From NCBI GenBank assembly GCA_964016885.1, contig OZ024758.1:1860001-1924000 (forward strand): a DNA stretch of 64,000 nucleotides, read 5' to 3'. Each line of letters begins with the position of its first letter. The stretch's first letter is position 1. Positions 33,132 through 46,745 of the stretch are shown here, piece after piece. The notes beneath the pieces are model-generated. The model made no database searches. It worked only from the letters and a program-made list of their open reading frames with translations, and was not told where the DNA came from. The stretch is from Eledone cirrhosa (taxonomy: Eukaryota). A program made the position numbers and the translations under genes.

Positions 33132-36029
33132 TCTTTTACCTGTTCCACCCATCCGGCTGAGGCCATGCTGGGGTACCGCCCTTGATATATATATATAAAG
33201 AATTTGAAGTTTGAAAGCCACGACAATGCGATTTGGACTGAAAATAATTAAGTCATAAGAAACGAGGGGTGTTTTTTTATCTTAATTTCTTCATATGTCC
33301 TGATATTTCGAGATTAATATCTCATCTTCCGAGATAAAGGAACTATTCCAGTGTCCGATGTGGCTTCTTATATCATGCATTTTTCTAATGTTTCTTTTTA
33401 AAATAGTTTTGGGTTTTTTATAGTTTTTTTTATCGTTTTTCAATAGTTTTTTTATTATAGATTTTTATTGTTTTGGGTACAGCATTCCTTTCGATCAGTA
33501 TTACTTTCTATTTTAATGTGTTGACTCTGTAGCAGTCTCTGTCTTGCTATAACTATAAGATATGCATGCTATCGACAGTTGATCGACTTTCGTCAAATCG
33601 GTCCGAGGAAACTATGTTTCCATTGGTCTTTCCAATTACTAATACTATCTATCGGTCGCAACTCCAGGTAGAAGGAACAACGTGAAATAAAGTGTCTTGC
33701 TCAAGGACATAACGCATCAGCCGGTCCGAGAATCGAACTCACAACCTTACGATTGCGAATCCAATTCTCTAACCACTCAGCCATGCTATAAGGAAACATA
33801 TTCCCCTTCTTTCTGTTGATACCCTTTCCCTTGTTTATGTAAAACATCAGAGTAAACTGCTACACTTTACTTTCACTGCAACATCAAGTGCAGCTCTCTG
33901 TATATTGTGTTCGTATGTGTTGTATTTAGACTGGCTTTTGTATTTCCTATTACATTCAATGTGCTCTACAGAATAAACATGTAGTCTATGGGGAATGTTA
34001 TTATCAATATATCGTCAGCTATGGGTTATATATTCTTTCTATTTTGGACACAAGGCCAGCAATTATGCCAGTGTATTACTGGTACTTTATTTTATCGACC
34101 AAGTAAGGATGAAAGGCAAAGTTAACCTCGGCAGAATTTGAACTCAGAACGTAAAAGGCCATAACTCTATGCTGCAAAGCATGGTGTCTGACGCTCTACC
34201 GATAATGGGTTATATATTGCAACCTATATATTTTGATAATTCACAAGTCCCCTGTTTTTTCAGACCCACATTTTATCTCATCTCTCTAAATTAATCGACC
34301 TTCACCACCACCCAAATTGCTGACCTTGTGCCTTAGTCAGAAACCCTTATTCTTGCTATGTCCGTCGTCGTTATTGTTGTTGTTGTTATTGTTGTTATTG
34401 TTGTTGTCAATTATCTGCTGATGTATTGAAATTTCTGCTTTCGTCGAATTCTAGATAAAAGAATCGATATAAAATTAAAAATAAAAGATAAAATAAATAT
34501 ATTAACAATGGGGTTATTTAGGACAAATAACTTTAATGCGATTCAGCAGGTAATTTCTTCTTTTAATCACCATCAAACCTTTACTTAATCCCGCCTGCAA
34601 TTCTCTCAAATTTGGCAGCTCATCGTTTTACACTTTTCAAAACATGGAATACAGATTAGATCTTTCTGTAAGGCTTTTGTATAATACCTTCCATTTACTT
34701 TGAAATTTTAACACATTACGAATGAAATCATGAAAAATATAGGCACAATTCTGTAGAAATTATACTTTAGAACATTCTCAATTCCTCTTATAGCAATATT
34801 TTGTTCTTATTTAATTACATATATTTCTCTTTTATTATAAAGTTTTCAGTTTTCAATTATATTTACTGCCTCTGACTTGATTGATATTTTAAATGAGTTG
34901 TTTTCTTTGATGTTTCATTTCGATATTTGTTGGTATATTTTTAGTTTCATGGTAGTATTTTTAAATTGAGAGTTGTCTGTTCTTTCTATTGATAATTCCA
35001 TTGAAGGTACAGAATCTCTCTTGACAGTGAAAGGAATAAAATCAATTTTTCTTGTTATCACGCCATGCATGATTATTGCATTTCTATATGCGTTCAAGGT
35101 CGGAGTGACCCGAAGAGAAAGGCATAGCATATTCAGTTGCAGAAAGATAGCTACAAACGATTTAACATATTTTTATATTCTCATGTCAGGAAATATAAAG
35201 CCCATATGAAAAGCTTATAATGATATTAAGATAAACAGCAACTGACTTCAACATGGAATTATCTCAGTGAATAATATCGTATACGGGAAGATTATATTAT
35301 GTAATTAATCAATAGAGTAAATATTTTTTAACACATTTATTGAATAGAAATAGTTTAAATTAATCTGAAATAAGTAAAATATATTTTATAAATTGTAGAT
35401 AATTTTGTTTTACAAGTAACTCCGTCGCTACCATATTTCTAATGAAAGATGCTACCTGGAAATTTCAAATAATTTTGAAGGTATCCAATGATGTAATTAA
35501 CTTTTTCATTCTGAATTCTCGATCAGAACTTTACAAAGGTTCTGATATATAATTATGAGGTGGTGAGATAAATATAAACAGTATTGTAAGCTGGTATAAC
35601 ATAAAGGTGGTAGATTGGCAGTATCGGTAGAGCGTCGGACAGCATGATTTGTGGTATATAGTTACGGCCCTTTATGTTCTGAGTTCAAATCTTGCCGAGT
35701 TTTTATATAAATAAATATATATATATAACCTCGGCAGGATTTGAACTCAGAATATAAAGGGCCGTAACATATATATATATATAGAAAAAAGTATGACCTT
35801 TCGGGGTCACATTTCCCACTCTACTACCATAAGTATTGAGTAGTCTGGTGCGTTATGGTCCATCTGGTTCTTTACCACAATTCCTCTGTTATATATATAT
35901 ATATATATATATATAAGAAATCTATATATAAAAGAAAGAAAGGTTCTTTAGAATGTCTAACACGGGTAAAATATAAGGAAAAGAAATTGAAAATGTAACT
36001 GGAGTCTTTTAAGAATATTTATTTACTTT

Positions 36030-36330
36030 ACCGGTTTCACAGATCTTATGATCTTCAAATGTGAAACTGAAATGGAAGGTTTGTGTTTCTGTTGTGGTGA
36101 GACACACCAACTTTCTCATCAAGTTCCTTTCACATACTTTTGTAATTTGACCACTAATCTAGTCAGTTCACTGCCTTTCGTCTCTTCTTTGTGTCTTATT
36201 TTTATTAGTTCAAGGCCCATTGCTCTAACTAACTTAGCAGTGTTCCTATCCCTTATCAATATGTATATATTACCACTTGTTTCTATTCCCAATCTATCAA
36301 AAAGACATGATCTGCCCAATTGTCATCTTG
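36030..36330 (-). mobile_element. Probable degenerate Penelope-like 3' fragment
   Basis: ILIRDRNTAKLVRAMGLELIK resembles the GIY-YIG C-terminus; followed by a hammerhead-like TTGAAGA..GAAACCGGTA at ~36035-36060. Confidence 0.35.
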
Positions 36331-36640
36331 TCGAGTATTCGTTGAGTTTTGATGCCGAATATTTCTCTCACGTTAGAGAATATTGATGTGCTGGGAGGAA
36401 TAGTATCATCCTTAAAGTACCCGAAATTATGGAGACATCCAGTAGATAGCTGATGACCGGGAACTGTCTATGTTTCATTGTTTTCAAAAATTAGTACACA
36501 ATTCTATGAGAACCCCCCCCCCCCCAAAAAAAAAACAGAACAAGCAAAATGTTATTTTAGTGGATTATATTCTCAAGCAAACAAGATAAAATGGCGCTTC
36601 GGTGTGTGACTTGATTTGTTTGCAACATTACTATCAATTG

Positions 36641-36865
36641 GGGGCGGTGGATTGGCAGTATCGGTAGAGTGTCGGACGCTATGCTTTGCAGCAAAGAGTT
36701 ACGGCCCTTTATGAGCTGAGTTCAAATCCCGCCGAAGTTAACTTTGCCTTTCATCCTTACGGGATCGATAAAATAAAGTACCAGTCACGCACTGGAGTCG
36801 ATTTAATCGACTTTCACCTCCTCCAAAATTGCTGGCCTTGTGCCTATATAAGAAACCAATATTAC
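36641..36865 (+). mobile_element. Full-length SINE family A copy
   Basis: A-box TGGCAGTATCGGT, B-box GAGTTCAAATCC, conserved central domain, AT-rich tail. Confidence 0.85.
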
Positions 36866-38342
36866 TATCAATTGAATTTATATAACACAAAATGAATATC
36901 GTTTTCAACTGTAAGACGATTCCTCTTTTTGGATTTAATTTACATGAAGCATGAAAATCCACTTTCACATATGTAAGTTGATGCAAGTGGCAGAAATATC
37001 TTAATACATGTGCTGAGAGGATTTTGTAATTCACATTATGTTTGTTTGACCAACATTCTTCCATGGAAGACGACACTATCATCATCATCAGCATTATCAT
37101 TATCATCACCCGCGCCAACACCACCACCACCATCATTGTTTAACGTCCATCTTCCACGCTAACATGAGTAGGACAGGCTGTCCCTTTGTGAGGGATCAGG
37201 TCGGGGGACCGTCATTCGCTCACACAGAACTGATTTTGCCTTGGTTGCTACGACTGGATGCCCTTCCTAACGCCAACCACATTCATCAAATTCTATTTCA
37301 CTTTGAAAAGCTCCATCTGAATATTCTCTAAAACGATGTTAACACTAGATAAAGTACAGTTCATCCATTGCCATAACCACTTTCAGAAAATAACATTACA
37401 AATCATCACGTAGGTTTTTCAAATAATCGATAATTTCAATCCAAGTGGTTTCCTTTTCTTTGGGCATTACATTAAAAACGTATCAACTGAAGTAAGTTAT
37501 TATCATCAACTTCCGAACTCCATAGATTTAACTTTTCAGGATACGCTTTGACTACCTCTTGATGAGAGAATATTTCATTGGAGCTGAAGAATTAGCTTCT
37601 TCTAAATTCCGAATATATCCCCTAGGCATACAAGGAACTTTGTTTGACTAATTTGTTAGTCCTACTTATAATATTAAGAGGGAAAGAATTCAGGTGCGTT
37701 TGTGTGTTGTTCACACACACACACACACACACATACACACACACACGATACCAAAATGCGTCTGTCAAACATGAATTTTCACTGCCTTATAGGATAACGG
37801 ATGACTTGCAGAAGACATTATCTGATTTATTTACTAGACTAAAAAAAACTTCAATTCAAAATATATAGCAGGCTGTGGATATTGTATATTTATTGGAAGT
37901 GTAACTCGTCTACCAGAGTGAATTGTGCTCAAATATATAGTGGCCAGGCTTAAAATGCCCAAGAAACGCTGTATGTTACTACGGCTCTATCAGGAGCTAC
38001 GGGACCGTTTCGGTCTACAAATACCAAAAACTTGCGTATTGCGCAAGTCGGGTTGTTGATTTTGAATTCATAGAAACCAATCGAGGATATCATATAATAC
38101 CATTAGATACGGTCCAGGTTTGTTATTTAACCCGATTGTATTTTCGTTGTTGTGGTGGTTTCTATGGATTTGTCCCCTTAACCACAGTTTTCAATTTGTC
38201 ACGCTATCTAACCTATCTTTATTACTCTAAGATGTAACCTATCAGTTTATCGATACCTTCTTGCTTCATGCAAACTTCGGATTTTGTTCTTTCATGGATG
38301 TTGGCCGAACGCCACAGCTTCGATTTTACTAACCTTCTAATC

Positions 38343-38399
<57 letters not shown>

Positions 38400-38742
38400 A
38401 ATGTATAGGAAAAACAAACATTTGGCGTGAAGTATAGAAAAAATGAAGAATTTTATCAAAAGTTCGTTCTTTAATGTATTGAAACATGTTAAAGAACGAA
38501 CTTTTGATAAAATTCTTCACTTTTTGCTATATTTCACGTCTAATATTTGTTTTTTCCTATACATTTGAAAATATTATTACTCCGTGATCTTCCACCTGGA
38601 TATAATCTTATCTCTCTTATTGGACTATCACTGTAACCTACAAGGACCATGTTGAGAAAAATACTTTGGTTAGCAATCGTATTTGTTTTATTTTTGTTTG
38701 TATACTTATCTACACAAACAGACTTTACACGTACATTTATTC

Positions 38743-38779
<37 letters not shown>

Positions 38780-39999
38780 TACATATATTGGATGATGCAC
38801 GGTAATGTTTCTGTTTGTATCAATAAACACAACACTGATGAAATAGGACACCAGTTCTTATATCGAAGTCAAGGTTTTCTGGGAATTAGAAAATTTTTCA
38901 TTGGAATAAAATACGAAAAAGAACGAGGTGTCAGCTGAATGTTACGAGCCCATTCCATTAAATTCAACAATAATCACGCTGTTAATTTTGCGAAATATTG
39001 CGTAGTTTTATTAATTTCTATATCTTTCATTTCTTGTAATGTATAATTATAATCGCACACCAAATTTAAGAACAATCCCACGCAAATTCTTCACAATATG
39101 TATATCAAAAGCTGAACTACAATTTGTTTTTAATTATCTTTTAATACTTCGAGGTTTTATCTCAGAATGTAATCCATCTTAATCCCACACATATGAAAAT
39201 GGAAAATTTATGCTGTCAAATTTTGGCTACCAAAAATATTCATTTCACATCTATTCTGTTTGGTTAGAATATTACCGGTGAAACCCCAAAATATTCGAAC
39301 AAATTACATAGCTGCAGTATATGCTTGTCTGAGAAACTGCATATGAAGAAGCAAGTCGGGAAATATCCCAACGAAAATTCTGAGGTAATTTTCTATTGTC
39401 AATTGTCGTTACAGACAAAATCTTCATGAAGCTTCTTTTGTGCGACTGATATATATATATTTTTTTTTTTGTAAAATTTATAAGATTTGTTGAATTGCTT
39501 TTGTTTGGTTATTAGTTAGGGACTTTAAACTGGGATCTTTTTAGGTTTAGATCTTTTCGTTACAGACAAGAATTCCTCATAGATCTGTTTCTACCGAATA
39601 ATTCTAAAGATAGCTTCCCAGAAGATTTCTCACAAAGTGCATTAGATATTGTGGTTGTAAATCTTATTCCTACTTAATCTCACCTTCTGCTACTTTTAAT
39701 ATACAACTTAGAATTATTTACGTTGATAACAGTTTCACTTGTTAAACAACTTCTTGTCGCCCTTTTTCACGCCTTTAGTTTAGTCTTTGTGAAAATGTTA
39801 ATGTCAGCACTTAACTTCTATTTTATACAGATGTGGTCAGGCACAGTAAACAGAAGTGGTTAGGCTCGGAATCGCTGAACTACAATTCCGAACTGACATT
39901 AATTTGTTTATATTTTGCGATGTTCTTTTTTAAAAGAATGGATTGAACAGAAATAAATTTAAAACATAAAATGTATTGTAACACTAGATATATTGTTAT

Positions 40000-40146
40000 G
40001 TTCCAGCTAGGTAACTTATTGTAAGACCAGAGATATTGTGGTGTTAAGTTCCAACTAGGTAATTTATTGTAAGACCAGAGATATTGTAGTGTTAAGTTCC
40101 AGCTAAGTAACTTATTGTAACCTCAGTGTTAAATTCCAGCTAGGTA
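40000..40146. repeat. 48-bp minisatellite, about 3 copies
   Basis: GTTCCAGCTAGGTAACTTATTGTAAGACCAGAGATATTGTGGTGTTAA repeated. Confidence 0.8.
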
Positions 40147-40510
40147 TCGTACATATATTTACACTAGACTGAAGCCATGTATGTATAGATATAAATAAAC
40201 CAAATATTCACACACAAATAAATACATGGTTTCGTCTGTCTGTACTAACAATAAATTGTTTGAAACAGACTCATTTAGAATATGTTGATTTCTCATGACA
40301 GAATTCTATTTGTATTTATATGACATAGTCTAGTGGATAACACAATATATTTAAATCAATGGTTGTTCATAGTCTAGTTGTAAATGTATGTTCTATCATG
40401 CTAAACCCTACCATTCTGATGTATGTATAACTACAGAAACTTTAGGATATTTCTATAAATCATATAACTTTAATCTGTTTTAGTCTCTGTTTCTCAGTAT
40501 TTATTATTTG

Positions 40511-40705
40511 AGGGCGGTGGATTGGCAGTATCGTTAGAGGGTCGGACGCCATGCTTTACAGCATAGGGTTACGTCCCTTTGCGGTCTGAGTTCAAATCCC
40601 GCCGAGGTTTACTTTGCCTTTCATCCTTACCGGGTCGATAAAATAAAGTACCAGTAATGCACTGGGTAATTGCTGGCCTTGTGCCAAAAAGTAGAAACAA
40701 TTATT
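40511..40705 (+). mobile_element. Full-length SINE family A copy
   Basis: Same A/B boxes and central domain as 36641-36865. Confidence 0.85.
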
Positions 40706-41168
40706 TATAAATTATGTCTTGATGTATTAACATAAATAAATATGAGTTAAAATGATATTAAGTTTCGCAGAATAGTCCACATTTAGTTAAATATCAAATT
40801 TCGTCAGCTATATTTAAGTTATTTTGTTTTTCTGTTAATATATAACAACAGACTAATTATTATAGTAAATATAGTTTGACAGCAATAATACTACTAAAAT
40901 GAAAACCCTGCTGTGATGTTATTTTCACCAAGAATATCACACACACACACACACACACACACCACACACATTCACATATGTGTGTACGTATGCATACTTA
41001 CATTTATGTATCAGCTGTGCTAGGGCGAGAAATAAAATTCTAATTTTATTTTTAATTGTCGGCAAGGCCAGCCGTAACTCGCTCGGTATGCAAATGAGGC
41101 TACTCAGCCGATGTATACTTAAGAAAATACTACATATTTTCAACCGTTCAACAGATTGGCAGAGGTAT

Positions 41169-41210
41169 ACAATCCTGATGAAGGTAATGACCCAGAAACA
41201 CGTTGATTGT
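41169..41210 (+). ncRNA. Minimal type I hammerhead ribozyme
   Basis: ACAATC-CTGATGA-AGGT(AATG)ACCCA-GAAA-CACG-TT-GATTGT; perfect 6-bp stem I. Confidence 0.7.
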
Positions 41211-42037
41211 TCCTCAATGCTAGTGTTGAACAAATGGATGACGATTGGTCATTCGTGATTTTTTAAATATTTGTTTTCCGGGCTCAAGAACTAAGAATGC
41301 CCTACAGCAACCATGCAACATCCATTTTGAGAAAAATCTTTGCATGCTTCGGGCCCTAAAGGCATCTTGTACCCCTTTACGATATTTCTCTTTGTGGCCC
41401 TGCCTGTCAGAATTTGTTGAGAAACCACCTAAACGTCTCTATTTTGATATTTCCATTAGTATTGTTTTAGTTAGTCTTCTCCCCTCACAAGTAAACAAGA
41501 TTATTTAAGGCCTTGTTGGGGGTATGTTCTACATACGGATGGGGGAGATCTCACAACCACTCTGAGGTGGATAAGAGGTGTCTTCTCTTGTGAAAATGGG
41601 TGTAACTTTCACTATGTAAAATCTCCCCATTTTGCCTCATTTCTCCCCGTTTTGGGGCACTTTTTGTTCATGGTACTCCCCGGTTGGAAGGTCTGTAGAA
41701 TAATTGTTAGAATTTGCAGTTTTCCATTCTCTTCAGTCTAAATGGACGTTTTAAGGAAACCTAATGTCTCATCGTGTTGACAATGGCCAACACTAGTATT
41801 TCTTTGTTCCCCAATATAATGTGTGTGTCTGTGTGTGTGTAAGTGTATGTAGGTAATATTGTGAGAACTCATATATTTCGATTATCTACCGTATTTATAT
41901 TAGGGACAATAGTATATATGTATGGATTATTATAGATATCGTATAGATATATGCCTCAGACATAAATACGAATATATCTCAGTCTATTTGCATTCATATG
42001 TATCACACTCGCAACAACGCAGCAAGGCCATTTTTTC

Positions 42038-42083
<46 letters not shown>

Positions 42084-42214
42084 CTCAGAGGTATAGATCT
42101 ATACGATATATATAATAAATAATCCATATAGGGATATATATATATAAAGAGAGAGACAGAGAGAAAGGGAGAAAGAGATAGAGAGAAAGGGATGTATATA
42201 TGTCTCTATATATG

Positions 42215-42247
<33 letters not shown>

Positions 42248-42254
42248 GTAAATG

Positions 42255-42295
<41 letters not shown>

Positions 42296-42740
42296 ATATA
42301 TACATACATATACATATATATACATATATATACATATATATGTACATATATATATATACACACACACATATATACATACATATATCTGTCCGTAAGTGTA
42401 TTCAATATTTTTGTTAATATCTCTTGTTTATACGGCGTGACCAGTCTAAGATCAAAGCATAATAACGATGATCTATCATAATGTTAAACACAATACTTAT
42501 TTAATGAAATAATTAAAATAATTCCTACTAAATTATTAGAGTAAATCTTTGTTCTCAGTCCTTTCCTTTGTATATATTGGTATAACTCGTCTGAGGAATA
42601 TTTATGGTGTACATATAGAATTTCCATTTAGACAACCAATACTTCGTGAAGTCAGTTATTCTAGCAAGGTGAAAGCCAGTGAGTTCTGAAAAGAACTTTC
42701 TCTCTCTCACACACACATAGCTACGTGTGGGTATGAATAT

Positions 42741-42872
<132 letters not shown>

Positions 42873-42891
42873 GTGTATGTATGTGTGCGTG

Positions 42892-42938
<47 letters not shown>

Positions 42939-43081
42939 ATATATATATATAAATATATGTATGAATATATATGTATATATACATATATATATAAATATAT
43001 GTATGAATATATATATATATATACATATATATATAAATATATGTATGACTATATATATATATACATATATATATAAATATA

Positions 43082-43117
<36 letters not shown>

Positions 43118-43211
43118 TATGTATGAATATATATATATACACATATATATATAAATATATGTATGAATATATATATATACATATATATATATAAATATAT
43201 GTATGGATATA

Positions 43212-43242
<31 letters not shown>

Positions 43243-43245
43243 ATG

Positions 43246-43280
<35 letters not shown>

Positions 43281-43400
43281 ATATACATATATACATATAT
43301 ATATATGTATACATATATATATATACATATATATATATACATATATATATATGTATACATATATATATATACATATATATATATACATATATATATATAC

Positions 43401-43456
<56 letters not shown>

Positions 43457-43469
43457 ATATATATATTTA

Positions 43470-43500
<31 letters not shown>

Positions 43501-44260
43501 ATAAGACTAAAGATATATTGTTCTATTGATATATAACTAATGTCAAAGGTTGAGATGAAAGGAATATTTACGAATCAAATTATGTAAAATAAAATGATAA
43601 AAGGAAAATATCTTTTCATATTTTGTCAGCCAAGATTTGAAATATTGGTTTACTTTTTCTTCTTTTTTTGATATTTTTTTACACTCAGAGATAGTTACAA
43701 CCCTAAATATTTCTATTTCGAATTGTTTCTCATTTTATCTTTTCTCTACCTTAGTTTGAAATTGCTGCGATTCTATAGAATATTTAAGTGAATAATAAAT
43801 AGTTTTGTTGTTCAATACCATCGAGACATGAATAAGATGACCAAAGGGGTGGATGGGTATTCAGATCATAAAATCACTTCAAATTTCATAATCTTTGATA
43901 TTTTCATAAGCACGTTTCAATGTAATCAAATTGATGAATGGACTCTTACGAACCGACAACGTTTGTTGAAATAAAGTGTAACCGCAGAGTTTGTGCATTA
44001 TTGGAAACTTTAAGAAAATTGTTTTTCATTTTTATTTCTCATCAGTAATATATACTGCATAGTCTACTTGTAACATAACATTAATATTTATATAATGTCA
44101 TAAGACAAATTCTAAAGCAGAATTTGAAAAGAGATTTGGTAAAAACTTGGGATTGGTTGATGATACAGGCTAAATATTCTTACGGAGATTTCATCATTGA
44201 TATTTACTGAATAGTTGACATGAAACAATACGATTATCATATGTAATCCATACGTAGTCT

Positions 44261-44324
<64 letters not shown>

Positions 44325-44366
44325 GAGAGAGAGAGAGAGAGAGAGAAAAACTGGGTCTGACAATAC

Positions 44367-44403
<37 letters not shown>

Positions 44404-45103
44404 GGTGTTGGATGCTTAAATCGTCCGTATGCGGTATTCCGTTTGAGCACTCGATGCTCTCATACATATAGAATAACTTTCTTCGACTAAACTGAGTTTG
44501 GCTTTTTCGCCTACCTCCTTTCTTCTGATTACTGAATGTTAACGAATACTAACGAATACTAACGAATACTAACTAGATAACGAATTTTACGAATTTTCTT
44601 CTCTTTATGTCACTGTGTCAGTTTGAAACAACAGAAATATAATAATTTAGTGAATTTGTGTGTTGCAACTCCAGCAAACGTCAGTTAAAACCCGAAATTG
44701 TTTTGTAAACCTATTCAAACATTGAATTTCTGGAAAAAAATATAGCTGTATAGGCCATGTTCTCTCTCAATATGTAACAGGATAATTCTCTCTAAATTAG
44801 TTTTATGTCTGATATTTTTATGTTCCATAACATTTACCTTTCAATAAAAGCCATTTGTCATATAACAGACCTATTAATGTCTAACTGTTTATATTTACTT
44901 AGCTTTGTGTCTTGAACATTCTTATATCATATAACTCTCTCCACATCCAAACTTATCCCACATACCTTTTTATATGTTGCAAGATCTTTATTCTCATAAG
45001 ATAGCTTTTTATTCCAGTTTTCTTTGATTTTGTCTTTGAAGTAATGTCTATTGATTGCGTGTACATATGTATTTGCGAAGGTGGAAAAAACGAATGTATG
45101 TAC

Positions 45104-45142
<39 letters not shown>

Positions 45143-45171
45143 CACACACACGTACACATAAACACACACAT

Positions 45172-45230
<59 letters not shown>

Positions 45231-45440
45231 TATATATATATATGTATATATACACATATATATATATTCTATATATATATATAATATAAATATAAATATA
45301 TATATATGTATATATATATACATATATATATATGTGTATATATATATGTATATATCTGTGTATGCATATATATATGTATATATATATATATATGTGTGTA
45401 TATATATATGTATATATCTGTGTATGCATATATATATGTA

Positions 45441-45479
<39 letters not shown>

Positions 45480-46704
45480 ATATGTGTGTGTCTTAGAATA
45501 TGTGTTTGTGTTTGTGAATGGAAATGTATGCAATTATAGCACAGCTTCTGCAATACAATGTATATATATGAGTGTAAACATATATGAAACAGAAAGAGCA
45601 TGAGAGACAAAGAGAGAGAAGAGGAGAGATAAAGAGAGAAGAGAGACCGAAAGAGAAGCAAAATAGAGAGAAAAGAGAGAGAAGTATGAATGTAAGAATG
45701 TCTTCATTTTACTTTCTATTTATCAGACTTCTGTTTAGTTTTTGTTTTGCAATATTATATTTCTTTCCACAATATGGAATATTAAACTCTTCTTTGCACT
45801 AAAGTTGCACTTTAGTTTCTTGTTTCTTTGTTTTGTTACTCTTATTGGTTCTTTATTATAGTTCTCAGAAGTTCTTTATTGATAATAGTAGATTTTAAAT
45901 ATGGCTTCTTAGCTTAGATGGAATATAATGGTATTTAAGCTTCATATGAATATAAAAGAAAGACAAAAAATATTTTTTTTTTTTATAGGAAATTTGACAA
46001 TTTAGAAGGTAAGACAACAAAATGATATCTGATGTATGAAAATATGATTGCTGGTTCAATTCTGATAGGTAACTAAACTTCTGAATACATACATACATAC
46101 ATACATACATACATACATACATACATACATACATGCATGCAGTGGCGGACTAGGTCTAAAAATATTGGTTGGGAGCCCACCTACATATAGAATTCTATCA
46201 TTTAATTTTTATAATGAATAAATAACATTTTCGAAAAATACAGAAGTGGAAACAAAACAGTGCAATAAAATTTTTGCGGAAGAATATCTTACCTTCTCCA
46301 ATAAAAAATATTATATATTTTGCGAAATCTAGAAACTTTCAATAATGACCAGAAGTCGACCCTAAATATTACTAATAGCTCTAGGAAAGCCATGAACGAC
46401 ACCACATCTTTTTAACATTGATTTTGAAAGTAGGTTTATAATTATCAATTTTCTTTATACTATCGTAGCTGTCTCGGTAGCCTAGTTGGAGGAATCATAG
46501 ACGGTGGTGATCCTGGTCTGAAGTTCGATCTTGATCGGGAGTAGGGTTCCCAGTAAACCTTTTCATTTTTTTTCTATGGGTTCTAAAATAAAAACCGAAA
46601 AAGGTTACATGCATCTCTTGACCAGAATTGAACCCAATAAAAAAATATATTTTGCGAAATCCAGAGACTTTCAATAATGACCTTTGGTCTTTCACACTCA
46701 CTCA

Positions 46705-46745
<41 letters not shown>

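Noticed and set aside
38835-38875. CTGATGA..hairpin..GAAG hammerhead-like motif
   Set aside because: GAAA and UH core broken and no stem I. Similar CTGANGA hits at ~2863(-), 11518, 17234 and 36450 lack a properly placed GAAA.
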